Positions 11,354 to 21,439 of a stretch of 64,000 nt of DNA are shown here, in pieces (the stretch's first letter is position 1; each line of letters starts with the position of its first letter). The position numbers and the translations under genes are program-made. Source of the stretch: Takakia lepidozioides (lineage: Eukaryota > Plantae > Bryophyta); assembly GCA_030704615.1 (NCBI GenBank), contig CM060731.1:59768001-59832000 (forward strand). Direction: 5' to 3'. A model generated the notes under the pieces. That model was given only the letters and a program-made list of their open reading frames with translations, was not told the DNA's origin and made no database searches.

Positions 11354-13700
11354 GTGATGACCAGCAAGACTGGAGCTACCAAGGGGCCTCGTAGGTACTC
11401 TGGAGCTGTGGGCACAATCGAGCTGGATGACTTTATCCAGGAGTTCGACAGCTGGTGTGATTTACAGCAGATGCGCAATCCACAGCTGTTCACCCCATTC
11501 ATGGCGTGGAAGGGATTGTTCCAACATTTGGAAGGCCCGCCTATAGACGATTACCACAAGTTCAGGCGAGGACACGAAGCAGAAATTGAAGAGTGGAGGA
11601 TGTATTGGTCACTTGACTACATCTCCATTACTCGAGGAACAACGCGACCAGTAGCGGCATCAGCACCCATACCTCCCACGGCTAGCACTAGTAGTGGAAC
11701 AAGTAGTGCCAGTACTTCTGCAGAAGGTGCTACTACTCATCCTCCCACGACTACAACACATGTGCCTAGATTCAGCCCGGTGGTGGAGTTCTTCCAGGAG
11801 TTGCGGAGGAACTACCAAGGTGTACGGACTGAGAAGCTGCAAAGTTTGCAAGACTTCCAGCGCAAACCCAGTGAGAGCCTACGAGAGGCGTACACTCGTA
11901 CGAGGCGCTTGATAAGTGTGACCCAAGGGGTTACTGAAGCTCAGGCAATCCCGTTTTGGTATGGAATTCTGGACAAGGAGCTCAAGAGAAGGGTGCAAGA
12001 TGCAACCCTGTTACAAACAGCCCAACCCACATTAGCAGATGTGTTTCTGCTGGCTGAGCGGATTGAGCTCAACATGGTGGAGGAGCGAGTTGTTACCATT
12101 GGATTTGGCAAGGACATGCCTGCACGAGGCGCAGCTGCCAGCCCATAGGCACAAGGGACTGCCTAACAGCGTGGTCAGGGGGGCAAGGTTTCCCAACCCA
12201 AGTTCCATGGAGCTTACAGGGGACCTCAGGTGCAGAGGCCCGTGGCATCTTTTGCAGGCCAACATCTACCAGGGGTGATATGTTAGACATGTGGAGGACC
12301 CAATGTCAAGAGAGATTGCCCAGAGAGTGGCAGAAGGCCGGCACAAGCACAGCCTGCACGGTTGCAGTGTGGGCATTGTGGCAAGTATGGGCATGGAGAT
12401 GCCCAGTGTTATGACTTGCACCCTGAGTTGCGCCCAGGCCAGTTCCAAGGGAACAATGGTGGCCGGGGGCGAGGTGGACCAGCCCAAAGAGGACGAGGTG
12501 GTCGGGCACGAGGTGCAGGCCAAGGGCAAGCTCAACATGGCCAAGGACGCGGAGGTCAGGGTGTTGACCAAGGCATGGCCAATCGGCTTCAGCAGCTAAA
12601 GCACAGGCTCGCTACCATGGCTACAGCTCAGGTGGTACCGGCTCCCAGGCGGGATGGTCCACCTCCTGCTCCTGAGGGAGGAGATATGGGAGGCATGGGA
12701 TTCATGTGCGGAGCAGCACTACCACTAGTGCAGGTGGAGTCTGCTGCAGCCGTGACTCGAGGAGCAGCACGAGTTCCTGAGCCACGAGGTGCAGAGGTGG
12801 AATTGGATCCACAGCGTGGGGAGGCAAGCCGTCAGGTGAGGCTTCCTCAGTCATTCACATTGGCGGAGACAGTGTCGACGCCATCCATGGCACCTAGTTC
12901 TCGCCCGACTGTTACCGAGGCGGAGGTTACTATGCCATTGGGGAGAGCTACACATGCAGCACTGACACATGTTACCAAGGCTAGTGCAGCCGGTGTGTTA
13001 TTGGGGGCAGCCACCTCTGTGTGTCAAGCCCCACTGTTCTCGGCAACCATGATTGCAACGCCGGGGGTAAGACCAGCTGCAGTGTTCAGACTAGCAGCAA
13101 CACTCTACGAGAGTGGGGAGGTCACTTCATCTTCTGCGGAGTTACTGGAAGGTGTAGTGGCAGAGGGATCCTCGGATTTGAGGGTCAAGACTGCCACGAC
13201 TGCACCATGGCAAGCTGTAGCTGCCAGGTTGACGGAGCTGTCAGCTAGGCCAGCCTTTGAGCGCGCCATGGTGACACCTGGAGTTGTCTTGTTAGACAAC
13301 CAGAGAGGCATTTTCACTTTGAGTGGACCGGCAGGCAAGAAGTACTGGCCACTGCGGGTCTTGTTGGACTCAGGAGCTCAGCCACTGATGTTGGGCAAAG
13401 CTGCTATTGCAGGTTTGGGCCTCATGGAGGCGGATATGGAGCCTTGTCCTTTCCAGATACAGACATCTCTGGGAGGATCAGAGCAGGCTCGGGGCATGAC
13501 ATGGCGTGAGTTGGCCATTGGACTACAACCAGATCATCCTGTAGATGGCTCAGTGATGCGAGCCAAGGCCATTGTGACAGACGCGGTCTCTTACGATGTC
13601 CTTGTTGGTGGGGCAGTGTTATATCCCATGGGCTTCACCCTGGACTTTTAGGAGGAGTCAGCATCCTACAGGCCTGGATGGCAGTCAGGGGATGGTCATC
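11354..13700 (+). pseudogene. Gag (retrotrans_gag, CCHC zinc knuckle, RGG-rich) and aspartic protease
   Basis: Motifs PRRYSG...LDDFIQEFDSWC, QRKPSESLREAY, CGHCGKYGHGDAQC and the protease active site VLLDSGAQP. Same frame throughout, with scattered stops. Confidence 0.88.
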
Positions 13701-14065
13701 ATGCACAGCTCCCTGTAACATTCATTGGGGGTATTGCGGCTGCCCAGCGGGGCAAGATGCCAACACTAGCCGCCTTTACAGCTGCAGTTAGTTGGCTTGG
13801 AGAGTTGCTGGAAGGCAATGCCCATGCAAAGGATGTGCCACCTCTAGCAGAGCAGGATGACATGCATGGTACGGCGGAGTTGCCTGTCATGGTTGCTCAC
13901 ACTCCATTATGGGGTACAAGCAAGGATTTGCAGCAGGCTGCTGATGGACGGGTACAACAAGCCTGGGTAGAGGCCTTCGTACCGTCAGGAGAAGATGAGA
14001 GTGCGGTGATTGCACTAGGACCATCTCAATTGTTGCCATTGGACACCACACCTCTTGTGTGGTAG

Positions 14066-15010
14066 TGCCCGGATGAAGGCATATGCCTTTTGGACTTCTT
14101 TGGCGGGATCAGCACTGGATTGGCTGCAGTACGAGTTTGACGTTACCTGTATATGGAGAGGGATGAGACTGCACGACGCATCTCACTGCGCCATGTTGCT
14201 CAGTTGGTACAGCAGTATCCTGATTTGTTGCCAGTGTCTGCAGTTCGTGGATACCAACAAGCCTTGCTAGTAAACATTTTGTTGCTGGGGGCACAGGATT
14301 TGGAGCGGGTTGGCTCCATTGATCTGGTAGTGGCAGGTTGGCCCTGCCAAGGGCATTCATCAGCCGGGCATAGCAATGGATTGCGAGACTCGAGGACGGG
14401 TCTGTTTTGGGAGATGGTGCGGATTTTGCGCCACTTGCACCTTCATCAAGCTGTATCTCCAGCATACATCTTGGAGAATGTGCCACTGATGGGTGATTCT
14501 CGGGCCAGGGTGATGGCCAGTGTGCATCAAGTCCGGTCGTGGCTTGGGTCAGCAGTGTTGCTGGATGCAGCTATAGTGGGATCATGGGCTCATCGTCCAC
14601 GGCTATGGTGGACTAACTTGATGCCACCCGCACTGCTCAAGCGTGCATTTGATGGGGTGCAGCGGCCAGCACACCTCACAGTGGATAGCATTTTGGACAC
14701 AGGGACGCAGTCTCAACGTGTGAGACACGATGACCGTTCGCCTTTGGCAGTGGTCAACAGGGTGGGTCAACCACGAGCAGCATTACCTACACTGCTCAGC
14801 TTCCTAGGATCCCATGCTTTTCGGGATGGTGGACCTGGCCTCTTGTGGGATAGCTAGTTGCAACAATTAGTGGAGCCCAATGTTGACGAGCGCGAGCGGG
14901 CGATGGGTTTTATCACAGGTACCACGGCGGTGCCATCTCTTTCTGAGGCATCACGTCGTCAGGTGTTGGGGCAAGCAATGGATCTCAATTGCTTGACCTA
15001 GATTATCAGC
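14066..15010 (+). pseudogene. C5 cytosine DNA methyltransferase domain (DNMT3/DRM-like motifs) inside the polyprotein
   Basis: Motif I LLDFFGGISTG; II YLYMERD; IV IDLVVAGWPCQGHS; VI YILENV; VIII AHRPRLWWTNL; IX ERERAMGF; X RRQVLGQAMD. Same frame as upstream PR and downstream RT, with a few TAG/TGA stops. Confidence 0.93.
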
Positions 15011-15442
15011 TTGGCTATGGCTGAGCAGCGCAGAGTACGGAGTACACTTCCCTTCATGGTCTCCCTGCCTACCGAGACGGTACAGGCAGCGAGTGGGGGC
15101 GAGCAGGTGAGGACCACGAGGTGCAGGGCGCATCCATGGCACACGTGGGAGGTGCTCGAGGTTCAGAAGGAGTTGGCAGCCAAGGCGGCGGTGATGGATC
15201 AGGTTGGGGATTTTTCTCGGATTGAGGAGGTCCTCAAGGATGTGATGATGGGGCAGGATGAGACATTGTCACTGACAGAGGAGGCAGTGGTCACTGCTCA
15301 AGAGGTTGCAGCATAGCAACCACGGGACGCGTCTTCTATCTCTAAGCCTGCTGGACTCAAGGTTGCAGTCACGGAGGACAACTGGGAGCCTGATGTTGGA
15401 CCTATAGTTACCGGAGGAGAGAGACGACGTATACGGCGGTTC

Positions 15443-18400
15443 TTGAGGGCTTACAGGAACTGCTTTGCCATCAGTTTGAAGGACTTAAGAGCACTGAAGG
15501 GTCAAGAGATTTGCATTGAATTGGCTACTGACACGCCAATCTTTCGGAGACCCTATAGATATAGTGACATGGAGAGGTCCTTGATTCAGATGAGAACTCA
15601 GGACCTTTGGGAGGCTGGTTTGGTGGAGCTATCTGGGGGAGAGTATGCTTCAGCCACAGTGATGCCAGCCAAGAAGGATGTCTTTGGCAATTGGACGGAG
15701 AGACGTATGTGCGGTGATTACCGGCCTGTAAATCGTCAGATCAAGTCCGATAGGTATGCCATGCCAACACCAGAGGAGATCTTTGATGCCATTGGGCATG
15801 CCAAGGTCTTTAGCACGTTGGATTTACGATCCGGATATCACCAGTTGCTGATCAAGGAGGCGGATAAGCAAAACACGACATTCTGGGGGATCAATGAGCA
15901 CGGGAAGGATTGCCTACCAATGGCGGTTCTTACCATTTGGGCTTAAGAACGCTCCGGCACAGTTTCAGAGAGTCATGGACAGGATTCTAGCAGGGGTGGA
16001 GTTTGCTCGGTGCTACATAGATGACATCATCATCTTTAGTGCTACGGTGGAAAGGCATGAGAGACACCTTCAGGGGGTATTTGAGCGCTTGAGGGCGCAC
16101 GGATTGAAGTTACATCCGGGAAAGTGCAAGTTTTTCCACAACCAGATTGAGTATATGGGTCACATGATATATCCTGGAGGATTGGGGGTACAGCAGACTA
16201 AGGTAGAGTCCATTGCACACGTTCCACGCCCCACGGATGTGAGCCGAGTTCGAGCTTTCATGGGGTTAGCAAACTATTATAGACGGTTTGTTAAGGGATT
16301 TAGTGCCATTGCAAAGGCTCTAACCAAGCTGACCAAGGTGGACCAAGAGTGGCAGTGGGAAGATGAGCAAGAACAAGCTTTTCAAGAGCTCAAGGCGAGG
16401 TTGACTTCGGCGCCCATCTTGAGACGACCTATCAGGGGGCGTCATTTTCAGCTGCATACAGATTGGAGCATGCTGGGGCTTGGAGCGGTGCTCACACAGG
16501 TGGATGATGAGGGAAGAGAGTTCGTAGTGGCTTATGCTAGCCGCTCGAACAACGTTGCAGAATCTAAGTATAGCTCATATGAGGGAGAATGCTTAGCTGC
16601 AGTGTGGGCCGTGGCACACTTCAGGTGCTATCTATACGGCAATCTCTTCACCCTTGTCACGGAGCACCAACCACTCAAGTGGTTGATGGAGTCAGACAAG
16701 CTTACGGGGAAGCTTGCACGGTGTGCACTCATCTTTCAAGAGTATAACTTTCAGGTGGTGCATCGACCGGGTTTGGTCAATCGCAATGCAGATGGGTTGA
16801 GTTGCAATCCATGCACGAGCCAGCAGGATGACACTGGAGCTCGGTGGCATGGTGAGACGAACGAGGAGATGGTGCCCGGATGGCATGCATCTGCATTTCT
16901 GTGTATCTTGGCAGCGGAAGGCCAGGTTGGACCTGCAACAGGGATGACTGTAGATCAAGTGTCTGAGGACCCTGAGGCCAGCAATGAGCAAGGTGGCGCC
17001 AAAGATATACATGAGGATTCAGTTGTGTTGGACTACCTCCGCACTGGAGACCCTACAGCCACTGTGACTGCCAAGGAGAGGGATCGGATCCTACAACGAG
17101 CCAAGAGGTTCAAGTGGGAGGGGACACACCTGCTCCGAGTGTGGGAGGATGGTCGAGTTCGGATTGTGCCTCACCCAACACAACGGGCACGGTTAGTGCG
17201 GCATGCCCATGAGGAGTTGGGGCATTTTGGGGTGCGACGCATTCATAGTCTACTGCAAGGGCAGTATTGGTGGCGTGGTATGCACACAGAGGTGCAACAA
17301 TTTGTGGCTAGGTGCATGGTGTGTGACAGGGTGCGTGCTTCATTCAACGCCCCTACTCCACAATTGCACCCTCTTCCGATCATGGGATTGGGCTACAGGT
17401 GGAGTCTTGACTTCGTAGAGCCGTTGCCACTGACCATGCGCCACAACAAGTACGTGTTGGTGATGGTGGAGCACTTCTCCAAGTGGATTGAATTGGTTCC
17501 ATTGCCTGATAAGGCTAGTGAGGGGCGTATGCATTCTTGGATTGTGTGCTTAGCTGATTCGGTGCTCCAGCTGAGGTACTCACGGACCAAGGGAGAGAGT
17601 TCTTGGGGGAGTTTCAGGCTTTGTACGACAAGGCCTTGATAGACCACCGCACCACTTCTCGGGATCATCCTGAGGCCGATGGCTTGGCAGAGAGAGTTGT
17701 TCAGACAGTAAAGAGGGGTTTGCGCAAGTATGGCTTGCAGAAGGGACACCTAGGAGATTGGGACCTTCAGTTACCCTGGTTAGCCATGGGCTACAGGTTC
17801 AGCAAGCAAGCATCACTTGCCTCCTTCTCACCATACTTTCTTCTCTTTGGCCGAGAGCCGGATTTGCCTACATCCATTCGCAGAGAAGCTGCTACAGTTC
17901 TTAACATTGACGATCCGGACGTGTGGGCACGTGCATGTGAGCAGCGTGCAGAGTTGTTCAAGAAAGTCATGCCCATGGCTTTCGAGAACCTTGCCATTGC
18001 ACAACATTGTGATACGTTGAGGTATGCTACCATTTGTGGTGGGGGCTATCGTCCTGGGGTTCGGAGATTCAACCCTGGTGACTATGTCTATCTGCAGCAG
18101 ACTGCTCCTACGACATTGGATGTAACTCCAAGACGTGTTATTTTGAGGGTTCGAGAGCTTTTGCCCTCAGGCGTCTTGGTCTTGGAGGGTCGGGATGGCA
18201 TAACTTGGAAGGACCATGTGCGTATTTGTGTGCCATGTCACCTTCCGAATGTCGATGGCAGGATTGACCCAAACCTGGCAGTGGTATCTGCAAGTTTGAA
18301 ATGCATGTTGTGTGGGTCTGCTAGAGGGGCACCCACCATGCTGGTGTGTGATCGATGCTCTAGAGGTTGGCATATGGGATGCTTGACTCCACCTCTTGAG

Positions 18401-18445
18401 ATGGTTCCTGCTGGGGATTGGTTATGTCCGCATTGCATTGGATAG
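15443..18445 (+). pseudogene. Reverse transcriptase, RNase H, integrase and C-terminal PHD finger
   Basis: RT motifs RMCGDYRPVN, LDLRSGYHQ, PFGLKNAP, YIDDII. RH motifs LHTDWS, ECLAAVWAV. IN motifs HEELGH...CMVC, SLDF, ADGLAERVVQ. PHD CMLC...LVCDRCSRGWHMGCLTPPL...WLCPHC. Frameshifts near 15905 and 17525. Confidence 0.95.
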
Positions 18446-18705
18446 TGGGAGTGGATACAACCATGGGAGGCTAACAAGAAATGCAAGGCCAAGCTACTAG
18501 GAGACCTTGAACACACGAGATCCTGGCTCAAGTTCACAGATTGCAAGACGGCGACTAACGATGGGGCTACTCTTGTACCCAACCTCTTGGTCTACAGAGT
18601 TTGAGTACAATAGGGACAATGATAGAGGACTTAGTATGGCTGTGGCTATTATATCTTGTAGCTATCTGGAGTTAGAGGGACCTATCCACCAGCTAGGGGG
18701 GCGAT

Positions 18706-19230
18706 TGTGGCAGACTACTTTATTGTGCATATATGTGTGGTGTGGTTTGGACAGCGATGTAGTTGTGTAGCGATATGTATGCGCACGACAGCTGTCAAGT
18801 TAAATAAACACAGTGTGAAACTAACTAGAATAAAACTAGTTATTTGTATTTAACACTTGGATTTAGTTCAAGTGTTAAGTCAGGTGTCAAGTTTGAGCTC
18901 GACACCTGAACCATCTTATCTTCACGAGAGCCTCAGTCGCGCAGCTCATCTCTCTCGAGTTGAGCCTGCGCAATCGAGCTCCTTCACGCTTTAGAATCTG
19001 AGTGTGCTTATGTAGGGAGTATAGGTTGTTGTGGGGTGGAGTCCCCATAGCTTGGGGTGTCCCTGGCTCGACTATTATCTTAAAGAGTGATGCTAATGGA
19101 TTTCATGTTTCTTGTGTTAAGAGTGTGTTTACAGTTTTCTATCATTGTGGCAGACTACTTTATTGTGCATATATGTGTGGTGTGGTTTGGACAACGATGT
19201 AGTTGTGTAGCGATATGTATGCGCACGACA
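18706..19230 (+). repeat. 3' terminal block B1 (18706-18790), gc, A2 (18793-19144), t, B2 (19146-19230)
   Basis: The 85-bp B copies differ at one base. The B1/A2 junction is the palindrome GACAGCTGTC. Confidence 0.95.
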
Positions 19231-19382
19231 GCAGCTCCACTCTAGAAGAATCTGTCATGATCGACACCGATCATCACCGATTCGTGATAAAAATGATTGT
19301 TTTGTGCCTGAGTTCTGAATAGCCGATGTACACACTTCCATTATAGATTGTGTTTACCACACTAACCTGCTATCTTTGGCAG

Positions 19383-19901
19383 ACGAGGATGTTCGAGGCG
19401 ATCTGCCTGTCGAGGATTCGCACCTCAAAGACACCATCCTCCATCCGCAGCTTTGAGATTTCTGACCAGGGTTGTTTCGTCAACCCCCCCTATGAGCAGC
19501 ATGTCGATGACATTTTGTACAACTTCATGCAGTCTAGTCAGACTCTGAAGAGACCAGATGGCACTCCCTGGAGAGGTGCAAAGGAAAAATCCTCAGCGTT
19601 CATGCAAATACTGCTGGAGTCATGCAGCCACCACTCTGCACGGGTGGTCGATCTTTCTGTGTCCACAGGTTCGTTCTCTCCCTTCCGAATTGATTTTCTT
19701 TCACCAGTTCCATCTGCTTAAATCCCCCCCACCAAACTGTTCATGTCCTCCTGTCTGGTGCAGGAGCAACTTACCATGCATGCAAGGCAGGCGGAAGAAG
19801 CCTTTTTGGCATGGAGGGTGATTCTGACCTCTACAACACAGTGCTCCTCCCCCTTTTGTCTGGCTCCACTTCAGGCACACAATGTCGCGCACCTCACTTC
19901 G
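19383..19901 (+). CDS. Two exons with the C-terminal half (motif X/I, SAM-binding) of an N6_N4_Mtase-like domain
   Basis: Splicing out 19669-19763 (GT...CAG) gives WRGAKEKSSAFMQILLESCSHHSARVVDLSVSTGATYHACKAGGRSLFGMEGDSDLY. This parallels the beta-class consensus KP..L...LI...S..GD.VLD.F.GSGTT..AA...GR..IG.E.D..Y. Confidence 0.75.
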
Positions 19902-21174
19902 GTAAGCTCCCCTTCAAGTCATAGTTACTCGCTTTGATGCGCGCGCCTGACTCCCAACCTGGCCGCCCGGGCCAACTTGGAGCTTCGGCTGCTCACCGGG
20001 ACATAACGGTCCCCCTTTGCTTCCCTCTAAACCCTCCACCTATTTGGGACTAGGAGAATTCCCTTTGGTAGATGGCAGTCCGGAACAGCTCCCCTCTCTT
20101 TGGTCGCTTTCCGGCTCGTTCGCTTACTCACTAGTTTTTGGTCACCAACGGGCTTGCACCGTTCTCGGGGTTACTACTCCCTATATATACTTCTGTAGCT
20201 GTCCACGGGGGTTTCATAACCAGCCATGCTATTTTATGGCGAACCACCACGAAAACCCTCGACTCCCGGTGATGAGTCGCGGTGAGTCTTGGCCCACTCA
20301 TCACGGCCCCTATGGACCGTGATGAGTCCCAAGACTCCCCACGACTCCCACCACGAGGTCTCCGCCCCCATGGTGAGTCCTATGCCACCCCCACTAAGTC
20401 CCGCTAAGCTACCACCACCCCTTGTGGAGCTACCCCACCGCAACCCGGTGTGCGGGGTTCCACCTAGTGAGCGCCTCCGCCTCCTTGAGTGCCTTGGGCA
20501 CTCAAGGGTGCTTCAGCCCCCCATACCTATCGTTGCCGATGCCCCCACTACAAGGGCAGCCCCTCATGTGTCCCGACCCCCTGCCCTCAAGGCAAAGGGT
20601 CGCGACACACACCCCTACCAACAGGGAGTCGATGTCCTCATCGACTTGTCCATTTTGTAGAAACGAACATCCAAGCTGTGGCGTCCCACATCAAGGAGTT
20701 TGTTTCCGCACCATGGCGTCCCATGGCAAAGAACCAAACCCCACACTTGACTCTACTCTCCACTAGCTAGTTCGGCCGACTTCCTCCAAGTCCCGGCCAA
20801 GGGTGGAGCCTCTCCAGCTCCTCCCAGTGCACTCTTCTTGGCCTACTTCAAGGCCAAGGAACGATCCTCCCCGAGGATCGAATCGCCTTACTGCAACAAC
20901 ATTGCTTGCGATCGCTCATGATGCCGCTTTTGGCATCACCTTGAGCAAGGGTTCCCTGGAACCCTCTTTGACTATGAAGATAACCTTGAACCAACCGTGC
21001 GCCCCAATCACTACAATTGGGTCCGCCTTGGAATGCTGGCCTGAGGTACGGGAACACGCCGAAGCCGCACTACGACTTCGTCCCGAGGCTACACGATTAT
21101 AGTACGTGAACGGAAGCACGTAGCTTCCGCGTTAGCCCGCACTACAAGGCAACCCTGGAATTAAACAAATGTTG

Positions 21175-21345
21175 TTCTGAACTATGCCCTTGTGGACTTG
21201 TATGCCAAATTGGGGTAAATGGAGGATGATGATCCCAGGATATGCGCAATAGCGGTGCGGGATGGAGGCCCTTTGGAGAGGTCTATGAGCAAGTGGTGTG
21301 GGAAGGGATACTGCAGCGCAACCACATCGCGTTTGTTACGTTTGC
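21175..21345 (+). pseudogene. PPR gene fragment
   Basis: Reads ALVDLYAKLG*MED and then GYAQ*RCGMEAL...VYEQVVWEGILQRNHIAFV, resembling PLS-type PPR motifs. Confidence 0.55.
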
Positions 21346-21439
21346 AACATGTGTGCAAGCTTGGCAGCCCTGCAAAATAGCAAAGAGGTTTGTGGTAACA
21401 TCGTCCAAGCTGGAATTGTACTAGATGTTGATCTGAACT

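Larger units (their letters stand above)
7815..19230 (+). mobile_element. Ty3/Gypsy retrotransposon with split terminal repeats (A1-internal-B1-gc-A2-B2), encoding gag-PR-C5 DNMT-RT-RH-IN-PHD
   Basis: Starts TGTCA and ends CGACA, with 4-bp TSD GCAG (7811-7814, 19231-19234). A1 7815-8166 matches A2 18793-19144, and B1 18706-18790 matches B2 19146-19230. PPT AGGGGGG at 18695-18701. Gypsy domain order. Confidence 0.93.
2781..19901 (+). pseudogene. Multi-exon gene for a ParB/Sulfiredoxin-like domain fused to a beta-class N6-adenine/N4-cytosine DNA methyltransferase-like domain; one intron carries an 11.4-kb Gypsy insertion
   Basis: Exons inferred from GT-AG boundaries: ~3932-4560, 4655-4851, 4936-5373, 5459-5685, 6662-~7218, 7420-7758, 19383-19668 and 19764-19901, with a probable first exon at ~2781-3087. 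ParB motif FYVWDGNHRLLAW; MTase motif IV-like ADIVILDIPDG; C-terminal motif X/I region. Some stops and frameshifts are present. Confidence 0.7.

Noticed and set aside
7815-19230. DIRS/Ngaro (tyrosine recombinase) classification because of the split direct repeats
   Set aside because: No tyrosine recombinase is visible, and the element has an aspartic protease, a DDE integrase, a PPT and a TSD.
18706-19230. A2 as a solo LTR inserted with an 85-bp target duplication (B)
   Set aside because: A also forms the 5' end, the real 4-bp TSD encloses A1 to B2, and the same layout recurs in a diverged second element.
7759-19382. Functional link between the C5-MTase retroelement and the N6/N4-MTase gene it sits in
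   Set aside because: A single nested insertion in a TE-dense region is adequately explained by chance.
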